A DNA stretch of 64,000 nt, from the NCBI GenBank assembly GCA_002633005.1, contig NMRA01000563.1, forward strand, positions 186,001 to 250,000, read 5' to 3'. The translations under genes were made by a program, and so were the position numbers. Position 1 is the stretch's first letter, and every line of letters starts with the position of its first letter. The notes below the pieces were generated by a model. It was given only the letters and a program-made list of their open reading frames with translations. It was not told the origin of the DNA and did not search any database. Below, piece after piece: positions 27,170 through 40,630 of the stretch. The DNA is from Phoronis australis. Its lineage: Eukaryota > Animalia > Phoronida.

Positions 27170-28555
27170 CTCAGCCCCACAGGCGTCCTCAGCTTCTGAT
27201 CGTCCACAATGCACTATATATAATACTACAAGGTATAATTTTTCGGACTAAAAATTCCACGGGTGCTTCACTTCAGCCGCCCATAGCAAACACAAAGGTC
27301 AATAAATTTACACAAAACAGAGGTTCAACAAACCGTGAAGAATTGTTCTTTCTCCCAATGCCATTTACGGTATCCTGCTCCACCGAGTTCGCAAGAAATT
27401 CACGGTCAAAGCACAAACATGTTCCCAAAAACCCACGCATCGAGCCTCCTTGGACGGTTCGAGGTCAAGGACACTATGGAATTAGGAGGCACTGAACAGT
27501 TCCCAAAGGGGTTTGCCTGTCAGAACACACGTCAATGCACTCTTCACCCTTTCTTCACTTTGTCAAAAACTGCATGCAAATGAGGAAATGTTTTGAGTCA
27601 TTTCACATCACAAGCCCTACAGATGAGCACAGAAACTTTATTCTATCTTGTATTTTTGACCCTTTCCCTCCCAGTGGAAACCAAGCTGAACCAAGAAAAA
27701 TGAGGGCAAAAAATGCAAAATTGGCACTTTTCACCCTAAAATCACCACTTTCCTGCCGATGCTCGACTAAAGCCAACATTAGATTCCGAAAGCAAATTTC
27801 CTACCGATTCCAAAAATGTGGTCCAAAAGTACTGTCAACCAACTAGTTTTTTTTGCAAATCTGGCTTGTTTGAGGGCTACCTGAAATCGCGGCCAATTTC
27901 TCAGCTGCTACACAGCAATGCACAACTGCAACAGGGGGCCACCATCTTGAAGAAGAGTGCAGCTACAGCCGAGAAACTGGCCTTTTTTCATTCTCAGCAT
28001 GTTCACAAATACAAAAAGAAAAACACATTCACTTGGCCTACACACAATACCTAACTAAAAATGCCCCCAAAACTGGCCTACCCCTAGATTTTAACATTTC
28101 GGGAGGGGCCGCGGCCGCAGCCTAACTATTCAGTGCCACCTTATCTGATGAGTTACGGATGTACGGCAATTGTCGGTTCATCACGGAAGGTTACGAATGG
28201 TCTGGCTTTATCAATGTCGTGACACTCCGTGACAAATCGGCAATTGCCGTACCGTCCTTGACCTCGAACCGTCCAAGGGGAGGCTCGATGCGTGGGCTTT
28301 TTGGGCACATTTTTGTGCTTTGACCGCGAAGTTGTTGCGATCTCGCTAGAGGAGGAAACCGCGGATGGTATTTCAAGAAAGACTAATTGCTAATGGTTTG
28401 TTGAAACTTTGTTTTGTGTAAATTTGTTTAGTTGTGTGTTTGATATGGACTGCTGAAGTGAAGCACCCGTGGAATTTCTGGTCGGGAGTGTCATACCTTG
28501 TAGTATTAAATAGTGTATTCAGGACGATCAGAAGCTGAGGACGCCTGTGCTCAGC
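27170..28555. repeat. Diverged inverted repeat pair of about 300 bp (27170-27473 and 28253-28555)
   Basis: CACAGGCGTCCTCAGCTTCTGATCGTCC...GGACGGTTCGAGGTCAAGGAC and its reverse complement, separated by about 780 bp. Confidence 0.8.
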
Positions 28556-31500
28556 CCAGTGTTTGTAAACCAAGATGGCGGATCGCAATAGCGCGAGATT
28601 TACTGCATGGGAACACAAAAAATCAGCTGTTCTACCACCGCAAAAGCAGTCCACAGTCCTTATGCCCTGAGTCTACACATTCCGACATTTTGGGATGCGA
28701 TTTCGTATATCATTGTTGACTTTTATGACCAGTGAGTGGTCAAATGTTCACGACACGACTTTCTAGTTTAAGGATCACATTAACCCTAAGTTGCGATTCT
28801 TGTTGAATGAGATAGACTCCTTGAAGTTGTTAATAGGCCGGTGTCTTTAGCAATTATTCTATTAAAATACTGTTAGTAGGCCAGTGTCTTTGCCAATTAT
28901 TCTATTAAAATACTTTTACTATTTAAGTCATGGGATTTGGCTCAGCGGTGCGACTACTATTGCACAATTAGTGACTTTGTTCCTGCCCTACTGCTAATGT
29001 CTGTAAAATTACTTTTCTCGCCGAGAATGTCCCTTTAAAATGGTACACGAAGTCATACACTGCAATCGGATTGTGTAACTTTTAAATTTTATAATATTAT
29101 CAGCAGGAAAACCTAATGTCTCTTGCTGTCATTGATCAAAGATTGCCGTCACCCGGTACTATCCCTTGCTTTACGCCGCGTTAAGATGACCCCGGACGAT
29201 TCTGGTTTAATGACGAGTAACAACGTGCGGAAAGAAGATGAAAGTAGACATTCTGTCGATAATTACATTTGCAAGTCTCCTACGCTGAGTGAAATTCAAC
29301 TCAAAAGACAATCGTTAAAGACGAAGGTGCGAGCCGAGATTGAACTCTAATATCGGAGACGTTGGATTGTACATGCCATAGGCGGATGTAGTGAGGACCG
29401 AAAAAAAAAACGCCGACTGCATGACATTTTTAGGACTGCACGAACATTCTTCCTTCGAAAATTGGGGTTGGATCCCTCCTCTGCGCCAGTGTTATGATGA
29501 AATACAGTTGCTTAATCATAGCTGTTTTACGAAAAAAGGAAGGCTTCAAAGTGAAAGGCGAAGTACAGCCTGCAGCTTGTCAGTGCGCTAACATATGACG
29601 GCTAAAGCACTCTTAATACATTTTATAACTCTATGATACCACGATCAAGCGTTTTAAATTTTCAATGCACTGCTACATTATATCTAACGACAGGACTTCA
29701 TGCAGCTTAGACCCTAATTTCACACAATCACAAACGTGATTCATCATTCAGTTGCCGAGTGAGAACGCCAGTAGATTACTGAGCAGGCCTGTTTGTTTAT
29801 CCACAAGCGTACCTGCTCTTCGAAAACAACATTTCGTTATTTTCCTTTGTTTGAACTGAAATTACAATGAGACGCTTGTAATTGTAATGCTTCTATCATT
29901 GGATGAAACATATGGAGAATTGCCATGCTTCTCTCATTGGCTGAAACATGAGGAGAATTTCTCGCTTACACTGGTCACCTCTCAGATTCCCTTAGTCCCA
30001 GACAACTTTTACGATGTCTATTCAGCACGCCCTTTGTATTGATGTAGATCTGAGCTAATGAAGTGGAAAGGTAATAGCTAGCATTACTGTCTCAACATTG
30101 GTTGTTGTTAATACCCCCAATTTGGTTTTCTCTGACATTTGCAGAGTTATAGCCTGCAACTCTGGAGAGTAGTTTTAACTCATTGGTACATTATAAATAT
30201 TACAAAATGACTAAAAAGGTTATTTTGTTTTTTTCTTTACAAAGGGCCACTTCCCAAAGGAACCATATGTTTCATATTGGATTTCGTTATTTAATTTTTA
30301 ATGCTTCTGCCCACTTGTTTTTTTTTTCTTACCGGGAACGGGTCGATAACTTTTTATCCAACTTGAAGTACCAAAACAGTGGTAGATTTTGATCGCGAGC
30401 GAAACTCAATTAGTTAAGTTCATTGTGAGCCCATCCCTAAACTTTGCACATTACAGGTACACTAAACATTTCACGTGTCATTAAAGTATAATCTTTATTA
30501 GAACTCAAATCATAAAATAGAAACAAAAGTGCAAATATGGTGATACCAAACTGAAGATTTGGAATCTCTGGACAATTTCGGTGGCACTGACCATATAACT
30601 ATTCTAGCTCTTTGTCAGTAATAAAAAAATGAAAAGTGGGCAAAAGTTAAGTACAGCTGTTTCCTGGTCAAAAATCTGGTTAAACGAGATTGAAAGAATA
30701 TTAAAAAATGAATCCTTGTGATATTGTTAACTCTGATCAGCGTTTGTAAATCCACCGAGTATATCAATACGCGCCGTAGTTTATCTTCAATCGTACCCAA
30801 TGGTTGTAGTTTTTAGATTATTAGTTCATCGATTTTTAAAAATCGAAAACCGTACTAGGTTGTTTTTATTTCCAGCTGGGTACCGAAAATTAGTGGTTAA
30901 AGCATTTTGAAAATTCGCCATTATGTACAGTCAGAGATGTTTAATACAGTTTATGGTCGGATAATTACATTTAATTGGGTCTTGCTTGCATCAGGCAATG
31001 CGGTCATCACCATTGCACCTGATTCCGGCGCCGCGCTCTCTTTGATCCTGGTAAAAGCCACTCAGATGGACGAGCGGTGAAAATTCCCGTATATCTTTAG
31101 AAATGCGTGACTTCCTTGTAAGCGTATTATTCACGGTATGAACTTGACAGCCGCAATGGGCCTTGTCTGAAACAATACCAAGAGGCCAGTTCTTTTCAGT
31201 CAACATTAAAAAACTTTTCTAATCCAAGTATTTGACAAAACGACACCGAGTTTGCAACGATATTTGACCTAAATCAAAAGTTGTTTTTATAGAAGGCGCG
31301 AAATAACTGCATCGTTGTTGTGCTAGAACCTCTACACATTATTTAGAAGAGAACATTTTTCGAGGATACTTATCGCAGATTCAAGCCGACAGGTTACTTT
31401 ACAGGTTTCATGAACTTCCCTTGTGGTTACGTTGGAATGATGCTTGCGTGGTATCAATAGATCTAAGAGGAGCTGAAGAGATTCCATGGCAACAACCCTA

Positions 31501-32084
31501 TTTAAAATCTAGCTACAATCGTGGACCAGCTCTAGACCCCAGTCCGGCGGACCTGCAAACACAAAACTCGCGCTACAAATTTCCCATGCGCGCCCTTAAA
31601 CTCCACATACGCGCAGTAAGTGTTCCGTACTCTGCGCAGACTCCATATCCGGAGACCAACTCCAGATCCCCACTCCAGGGTTTGGGTGATGACTCTGTAG
31701 ACGGATGGTAAAAATTGATAAAGTTGGTAGATATCTCAAAACTACACTAATTTGACAATACTCATAACAATATCACTGTCGTCTCATGCTAAATGTCAGC
31801 ACACTACCTGTCCAAGTTTGTGTATCCCTGTTCCGAGAATTACCCTTCACGGCCTCATGAACAGAAGACGAACAGGACGTGTTCATTTCATGCATTGTTA
31901 GTAGTTTCCCTGTAAAAAGCTCCGCCCTCCATTTTTCTATATGTCGTTTTGGTACAGTTTTAATAAAGTGGCACTTTTGTGAAAATACGAAACAACGTGG
32001 ATTTTTACCCACTTCTATTGACGTTACGGTGCTAACCTGCTAGCTCCCGGTGGAATCTATCGTTGGCCAAATTGGTGAACGTTA

Positions 32085-32338
32085 CCAACGTAACTTACGC
32101 GCGTACGTTAATTAATGTTTAAAGTGATTGTTTGCGGCGTAAAGTATCATTTAACGGCGTAAAGTAATTATTTGTAGCGTAAAGTAACTTACAGCTGCGT
32201 AAAGTTATTACTTCCGGCATAAATTAAATTTACGTGCGTAATTTACGCACGTAAATAATTAAGTTACATGGGTAAATTTACGTCGCGAATAATTACTTTA
32301 CGCCACTTATAAGAATTAACACACGTAATTTACGTAAT
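32085..32338. repeat. Palindromic array of approximately 21-bp GCGTAAAGTA units
   Basis: Units switch orientation around the hairpin ATTTACGTGCGTAA-T-TTACGCACGTAAAT (about 32228-32256). Confidence 0.65.
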
Positions 32339-32784
32339 CCTCCGAGGTTTGTGAGACATCATTCTTACTGGTTTTCCATGTGAAAAGCTTTACACCTTAC
32401 TTAAGTTAAAATGAAACAAGATTGAGATTTGTCCACTTGTCCTGATTGGTGGTCGATTCAACATGAGTTATTTAAGTTGATGGACCTGAGTTTGACGAAT
32501 GATACGGTTAAATTCAACCGAATTTTTGTATGTTGCACATCGGAACAAATCGTAGTTTTTGATCACAAGCGGTGCTGTCAAATTTTCCATATAAGGGAAA
32601 TGTCTTGCCATACCAAATAAGGAGACGTCCTTTGCCTTGTGGGAGAAAAATCGACGAAGTGGCGAGCAGTTGACTAAAAGAAAATGCTTTAATATCAACA
32701 GAAATGAAAAATCTTTACCAACAAACCCTAAAAATACCTGGTGAACGGGTTGAATTCTGTGGCAGAGAACCACTCAATCTGGTC

Positions 32785-33238
32785 TCCAAGCCTCAAGATG
32801 GCGCTGATCGTTTTAGCCATTAGAGGCTTGGTTGTGGGAAGTACATTCTACGCATTGATTGGCCACTGCCTTGACGTCGTTAAAACAAAGGCAGATTTTA
32901 TTTATTTACACAGGCGCTGTTGATGCCATTCACGAAGCAGAAGGCATTGTTTCGGTTTGTAATAAAGGTTGTTGGCGTATTTATCTTCAATTCTTTTTAT
33001 TAATAGTATCATAGAAATTAATCTGTTCTCGAATGAAAATACATCATTTTTGTAATAATTTATGCTTAAATTGCTGCAATATATTGTTAGTATCACACTG
33101 TAGAAAATTTCAATTTTGATATAACTTTATGTTACTCTTGATATTCCCTCAATTCCCGTAAAAATGGGTCAGAATTCTTCGCTTCCCATAACCAAGCCTC
33201 AAATGGCTAAACCGATCAGCGCCATCTTGAGTCTTGGA
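32785..33238. mobile_element. MITE with 57-bp TIRs
   Basis: TCCAAGCCTCAAGATGGCGCTGATCG...GTGGGAAG (32785-32841) is the reverse complement of 33182-33238 with 4 mismatches. Confidence 0.75.
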
Positions 33239-34226
33239 AACAATGCTAAGAACCACTTTCAATATTGCAATTTAGACTTTTTATCTGATAATGATGATGA
33301 TGACGACGACGATGAGGACGATGATGATAACGACGAAGACGGTGATGATTGTACGTGGTGGTGTTGGTGATGATGAAGATGATTATGTTGATAACGGTAA
33401 TAATAATAAATTTAATCACATCAGTAAAACAGACGTGTTCAATGTTACGACTACTTTTATTACTGCCAGAGCTATACGCAGCATAATTACACCAAATTAC
33501 TTCACATTACCCTTTCGTTGGAAAATTGATACTTGCGCCGCAGAAGTCTGCTCTGAAAGTTCTTTGGCTAAGTTTGTAATGCGGTAGTCTTTTTATGACT
33601 TGGAGAAAATGCGGTTACCTGACAAACATCACGTTTTCAAACTTTTGAGGTAATATTATTGTCGTTATCACTGTTATCTCAAAGGCTTCTTTACGTAGTT
33701 TTCGGTTGGCGAAGTAGTTCGTATGTATGTGGTAAACAAATGTCGAGCTAAGCAACACGACATTTTAAAGATGGAATAAACCACACAAGTTCCTATGAAT
33801 CACAATTTTTGCTACTTAGTAATAGTTTTACTGAGAAATCTCTGATGAACTTTAAAAAAAACAACAACAACAAAAAAAACACTTTCGACGTGTTCCTCAA
33901 TTCCTCAATTTCTACTGTCACGGCTTCATTCAAAATACCAACATTAGATTTTATACATAAGATTTAATTTTGAAATAAACTTTTTAATGAATTTCCCGAC
34001 GAATTCGTTCGACGTCTTTTAAGGCACTATAAGTACATACAATAACATCGGTACAGAAGCTGACGAATACTGTACCGTGTGACCGTTACTTCACGTATCA
34101 TTTGACGTGTCTGAGTATGTGTGTTGATATTGCATTTCTTGGGTTGCTAAAGCATTGTTCAGACTGTCTGGATTGATAGCGCGTAATAATTAGACATTCA
34201 AGCAAATCAACTGCCCACCTGACAAT

Positions 34227-35490
34227 AACAAGAGCAACGCGGAGCGTTGAAATGCGCCCACGAATGCATCGCAAATGGTGTGCTTTTAGGGTTGTTTATT
34301 TATGTCATTAAAATGGCCAGTAGATGGCGCAAAATACATAAAATCCGTCTGAAAACCAAAAAAAAATGTCATCATTTCTTTAAAAGAGAGCCATTCACCA
34401 ACTTTAATTAAAATTCGCCGAGGAATTTCAGAGAAACAGAGGAAAACAAAAAAACGAAATTGCCACTAGGGGGCACAGTGTTCATCGGATCAGCAGAGAC
34501 CGTAGAGAGGTTAGCGTCTTTGGGATCAGTCTAAAAGTAGTCATCTTCTCTTGCTAACTTCACATAAGTACACGTGCTAAATTTAATAAAGATCCACTAG
34601 GAGGCGCCACAGTAGTCGAAGTCATCAGAAAATCATCGGCAACCGTCCCCTTCATAGAAAATACATACATGCCAACTTTCACAATAATCCTTAGAGTGGT
34701 TTGGTTGACAGAGGGACGAACGCCACAAGACAGACTCAAAAACAACAAAAATGGCCACTAGGTGGCGTAAAAAACCTTGAATCAATCCGATGATGAATGG
34801 CTAGCGTCAACTCACTAATGGATGTCTATGTGCCAAATTTTATGGAAAGCTGTTGAGTACCTATGAAGATACAGCTATAAACGTAAAAAACTAAAATTGC
34901 CACTAGGGGGCACACCGGTAGACCGAACTGTAAGAAAGTCGTGGTCGTCTGTTGTCAACTTCATATAAATACATTTGCTAAATTAAATAAAGATCCTGTA
35001 GAGCGTTTAGGAGATACTGCCATGGGCGCAAAAACAAACAAAACTGCCACTAGGAGGCGCCACAGTAGTCGAAGTCATTGGAAAATCATTGTCAACTGTA
35101 TTCTAGACCATACATGCCAATTTTCACAATCATCCTTAGAGTGGTTTAGTTGTGAGAGGGGCGGACGTCAAAAAAGCGACTCGAAAATAGTAAAAATGGC
35201 CACTAGATGGCGCAAAATCCATCGAAGCAATTCGAAAACGGAAGGATTGCGTCAACTCATTAATAGATGCCAACTATGTACCAAATTTCATGAAAATCGG
35301 TTGAAGACCTTTGAAGATACAGAGGCAAACGTAAAAAAATAAAATTGTCACTAGGAGGCACAGCGGTATTCGGGTCGGTCCGAAACTCGTCGCCCTCTCT
35401 CGTAGGCCCCATAGGAACACACCTGCCAAATTTCAGTACGATCCTGCCTGGGCGCATAAAAACGATTACGAGCCCGCCGTATGGCATGGA
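34227..35490. mobile_element. Second copy of the HINE-like family
   Basis: Same start AACAAGAGCAACGCGGAGCGTTGAAATGC and the same approximately 448-bp unit (GCCACTAGG.GGC sub-repeats; GAAGATACAG near 34865 and 35313). Confidence 0.7.
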
Positions 35491-36323
35491 AGTCAGTCAA
35501 TTTACCGTTACGAAATCTGGACAGTTCGTTATTGCTTGAGATCAGGCTCTACACGTTTAATTGTCACGGCGTGTCATTTTATGCTCAGAATATGGTCTCA
35601 AGTGATAATGAACTGTCAGTTTTCCAAGCACTAAACCAATTTCTCACCTGAGTCAGGAACAAGATGAGACAAAGGCTATTTTTTGGTTAATCGGGGATTT
35701 GCATTATACCTTTAGGTGCAGATTTGAGGTAAAGGGCTCAAGTGTTACTACCAAAGGACTTCTCGACAAGTATGCAGTGTTACAAAATGTCTATAACAGG
35801 GTCTTGAAAAGCTTTCTCTCAAGTCAATGACGGCAAAATCTGGATAAAATCGAACGAAATGTACTGAACGGAAATAATTACGGACTAGTTCACCAATATT
35901 AACAGTGGCGGTGGAAAAAGTAGGAGAGCAGATCTTGTCCGAACAAAAATTCTATGTGGACTGTTAAACATTTCTAAGTGGTATAGATCGACCAAACGTG
36001 CCATTTTTTTGTTGCAGCTCGCTGTCAACAACAAGCGTGGTTATTGGCAGATAAGGGAACTTCGTACATTAACCCTTCTGCTACATCGCATAAAAAGGTG
36101 CATATTAAATACTATATTTGCTAACTTCGACATTGGCCGTTTTTGTTCCATTTAAAGGAGAATGCCACCCTATTTATTTTGTCTTTTTTACCGTCTTAAT
36201 CGGTCTATATCCACATCGCCTCTTATACGGTCGACCTCACCTTGCCGAGAGGTGTCGCGTTAACCTGTGAGGAAGGTGAGAAACGACGCAGCGACGTCAA
36301 TGGTTCGCCTGCAGACTGAGTTA

Positions 36324-36530
36324 ATGCCGCTGTATTGCGGTGCATCGTTCCCGTTTGTCCGAACTATGAAGCTGCGAAGAAAGAGGGGGGAATGTCGTTT
36401 TTTCGACTTCCTCGAGAGGCCGAAATGCTTAGGAAGTGGCTCGCGGTAGAGAAGAATGAAAGGTACACTGTTAATAGCAAGTATGAGGCCGTGAAACATT
36501 TCCGTGTCTGTGGCCGGCATTTCGTCAACA
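36324..36530 (+). pseudogene. THAP-domain exon within the Kolobok element
   Basis: RCIVPVCPNY...MSFFRLPREAEMLRKWL...FRVCGRHFVN followed by donor gtgagt at 36531. The C2CH ligands are intact, but the nearest ATG (36324) is out of frame. Confidence 0.82.
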
Positions 36531-37220
36531 GTGAGTCTCTGAAAAATTCCGGCTTACCAAAGAACTATCCATACTTTCCGTTGTCTGTGCATGTTCACGG
36601 CGCCTCTCTAGTAGTGTTTCTTGATCAGTGTATTCCGGTTCGAACTGATAGCCCGTGAAACCTAACGATCCGACCCGTGAAGTCATCGTTGGATGAGCTC
36701 TTGACTAAGTCGGGATTGGCGCCGGGCGAGTTGCCATGTATTCTGCGTTCTGTTTCAAAATGAAAATTATTCTCATCCTAACCAATGCTTATATAAAACT
36801 GAAACAAAGTCTGTCTCATTAGATACAATTTGTAATGCCTTTGCAGTATTCGTGAGAGCAAATGTTGAGAAGCCAGCAATGAATAAACGACTGTGTTACC
36901 GGCTTTTGATGCCGGCAATGAATAAAGGTAATTGACCGGGCACCGAGGCTGTGTGAGCGCATGCTAATTCAGTGTTTGCTGACAGAAAGCTGTTGCGAAA
37001 CACTTACTCGATTTTATATGCTATGGTCACATGTTAGGGGAATCTTTATTTAGAAATACAAATACATTATTCAAATCATTGTTAATGTGCAACCTTTGCC
37101 CTTACGGTCTGTGGAAGGGGAACCCGACTTCGCGGTCGCCGACAAGTAAGTTGATTTTCAGTTTCGTGGCTAATTCACGTAAATAATTAAGTGCACATTA
37201 TTTCTTTGGCTCACTATTAT

Positions 37221-37355
37221 TAGTGTTTTAGTGGGGCGTAGGCGCACGTAGGCATTTAAACGTATCGCCTACGCACCGGCCGTACGTTCAGTGCTCAAGG
37301 TGATACGGTGGGCTTTCGGCGCCTACTTACATCTACTTTTACCACTACAGCACTG
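37221..37355. mobile_element. hAT-type MITE nested in Kolobok element
   Basis: 8-bp TSD ACTATTAT at 37213-37220 and 37356-37363. Ends TAGTGTTTTAGTGG / CCACTACAGCACTG. Confidence 0.8.
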
Positions 37356-38532
37356 ACTATTATAGTCTTTTAGTGACTGCAGGTTTACTTTCCAACTCAA
37401 GCTGGTTTATGTTCGTGCCAATCCCGGCGGCCGCGACGGGCCTGATCGAGTTCCGAGCCACTGGCCGGGATTACAAGCGTTTTGTGTGTTTAGAACTCAA
37501 AAAAATCACAAGTCTAAACAACACAGATCTAGGTTCTCTTGTCTGTATTTCACGGAAGAATACTTGGAATTTATCTCCGAACAAACCCTAAACTCCTGCT
37601 ACGGACCTTGGTAAATTGGCCTGCCGAACTTCTTCGTAGGCTTTTGTATGGTGTGTCCAAATACCAATAAATCCGTTACAGCGAAATAAAACAACCCGTT
37701 TTTATAAGAACTCGGTGTATTTTTAAGGGTTTTACATCGACGTTTGGTGATATACTGGTGTTAAACGATGAATTCAAGCGATAAGTTGACACCAGTAACC
37801 CGTGTTGTGAACTGCTGAACAGACAGCGTGTGAAACCAATGACGTCATTGGATAATTCCAACACCCCAGTCCGTCTGCCGTCAGGTGTCAGGTAACGTAA
37901 CCGAACGTTGCGTTAGCGAGTAGAACTACTCGATCTAAATTGATACAAAATAGGTATTTTTTGGGTGGCATTCTCCTTTAATACCAACTTTCAATGAAAA
38001 CTATAGTTCAAATTCCTCAGTTAAATCACTGTGTTCTAAGAATATAGGGACTCGTTCCACATAAAATTGTTGTGTGTTTTGTATGTTCGTTACCAGCTGG
38101 CATTTCATGTCGAATATATGCCGCACAAAATCTCTCGACTGCAGTCTATGAAAATGCAACCAACTTGTTTGAAAACATGGAACAGGAACACCAGAGGGGC
38201 GTGAAGGTTGTTTTTATTCTTCAATGTTAAATTTTTGTAAGCGGACATATGGGTTTTAAGTCCTAACATTTCCAAACTTAAACCCGGACTCGGTGACCGC
38301 TGCCATAGCCGGCTGGTCGCCAGTTCTCGATAAATGTCTCCTCCAGAATTCAACTTAATGCAATTTTTCAACTTGCTTATCATCGTGGAGCGACTCCCAC
38401 TTCTTTGAAAAGGAACGTTTTCAACAAGAGACAAAAATGATAACACGGTGGGTATCTTCACGTTTAGATACAAGTTGCAAGGAAAAGATTACAGTCTGAA
38501 TTCAGTTCTTCCTTGCAAACTACAGAAGGAAA

Positions 38533-40630
38533 TAGTTATATCACAAACAATAGCGTGCTTGCCGATAGTTCATAAATGATCAATTTTTAAAGTTGACGGA
38601 CGTCTTCACAAAATTTTAAATCTCAACCTCCTCGTTTCCAAAAAATAGGTCTATCGCATCTGTCAAGACGTTTCTCACAATCATATCGTTAAAGTTGAAC
38701 CTGAGAACCCCTTTAAAATACTTTTGAAACAGCACTGTCCATTATGGGAAACCCGGTGAAAACATGGAACCATAAATGAGATTTTAAAATCTTCGAGGAC
38801 CATGATGTATTAGCAGTTTACTTAGCGTGTATTATGTACCCGGCATTGTCTCCTCAATGATGATGATGATAATGATGACGATGATGATGATAATGGTTAA
38901 CAAAATTCATGCCGTGTCACCCCGGAGGGTATTACTGCAGAAGAGGTATTTGAAAAGTGCCGCCCAGAAGGGTGTTTTTTCACAGCAAAAAGTACTCTCC
39001 AAACTGGTGCCATTTTCCACAAAATACTATCTAAAAGGTACCAATTCTGAATTTCTGGTACAGAATTGCGAAAATGTGAACTTTTACCCAAAATTACTCT
39101 CTAAATGGGTCACTTTTTGTCGAGCCCACTCTTTTTAACTGCATTTAAAATGACTAGGTATCCAAATTTTCGGGCGGCAACCCTCGTTAAAAAGTACCCC
39201 AGTCGTTTCAGATACCGTGATTTGTTCGTGATTTTGGTCATTTATTTTGTGATATGAAGTTGGTTTTGTAAAATGTAACAACGGTACATTTCTCGCAAGT
39301 TCGTTCGACGAAAAATGTTACAATGACGTAAAATGTAACAGTTACATTTTACGAAATTGTTACATTTCACGGCGTGTCATGGCTCTTTCTCGGATTGTTT
39401 GAATGAAATTCTGTCAAATGTGCCAGCTCGAATTTATTGATGTGTCCCTATGCACTTTCCATTGTTTTTTTTAAAATGAGTAGTTCCTTGGTATAGTCAA
39501 AAATGTATCCAGTACAATTTCAACTCCAGACAAAAGGAATTTCCAGGATCAGGTAACAAGTTTGTTATTGTTAAAGCGTTTTTGCAAACTTTTGTTGACG
39601 CTGACAGGTCATAAACCAATTGTGTATCGAGCATTACAGTAAACACACTTACTTTGCTAAGCACAGCAGAAACAGTGACATCCTACTTTGGCTAATATTT
39701 GTCGTATTTCTTCGGTAAAAAACGACCACACCAAAACTTTTTAGGAGAATTCAATTTCAGAAGCTAATTAAATAAAAAAATCAGTCCTATTAGTTATATC
39801 ACAAACAATACCCTGCTTGCCGATAGTTAAAAAATAATCAATTTTTGAAGTTGGCGCGCGTCTAAACAAGATTTTAAAACTTAACCTCTTCGTTTCCAAA
39901 AAGTAGGTCAACTCTGCATCCGCAGCTGTCAAGACGTTTCTCACAGTATCGTTAAGGTTGAACCTATGAACATATTTAAAATTCTTTTGAAATAGCACTA
40001 GCTGCATGTCCATGATGCGAAGGCCGGTAAGCGCAGAAAACATTGAACCATAAATGAGATGATTTTACAATCTTTGCACACCATGATGTATTAGCACTTT
40101 GCTAAGCATGTATCGTGTATAGTATATTGCACTGTGTCATCGATAATAATAGTAGTAACAGTAATATTTAGCGTACTAATGATGATTAGCCAAATTCATG
40201 CGGTGTCAGCCCGGAGGGCATTCCTATAGAAGAGGTATACGAAAAGTGCTGCATAAAATGGTGTTTTTTCACAGCAAAAAAAATCCAAAATGGTACCACT
40301 TTCAACAAAATATCTAAAATGGTGACTTTCCTGAATTTGTGTAACAGAAATGTGCGAAAATGTGAAATTTTACACAAAATTACTTTAAATGGGTAACTTT
40401 TTTGTCCAAACCCAATCTCTAAATGGGTAGGTATCCAAATTTTCGGCGGAGCTCCTCATCCAAAAGTACTCGAGTACCCCCAGCCCTGTCAGATACCACT
40501 TTGTGATCTGACGTTGGTTTCATAAAATGTAACAATGGCACATTTCTCGAATGCGCATTCCACGTAAAATATAACAATGACATAAAATGTAACAGTTGTT
40601 ACACTTTTTGAAATTGCTACATTTTACGGC
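38533..40630. repeat. Diverged local direct duplication of about 840 bp (38533-39373 and 39791-40630)
   Basis: Colinear from TAGTTATATCACAAACAATA to TACATTT.ACGGC at an offset of about 1258 bp. Both copies include a CCGGAGGG...AGTACCCC module and AAAATGTAACA motifs. Confidence 0.8.

Larger units (their letters stand above)
36156..37977. mobile_element. Kolobok-type DNA transposon, internally deleted
   Basis: TTAA TSD at 36152-36155 and 37978-37981. Perfect 15-bp TIR AGGAGAATGCCACCC. Contains a THAP exon and a nested hAT MITE. Confidence 0.88.

Noticed and set aside
32468-32773. 101-aa minus-strand ORF with a plausible acceptor
   Set aside because: Lies in the dispersed repeat shared with 40-300, where indels break the frame; no recognisable domain.
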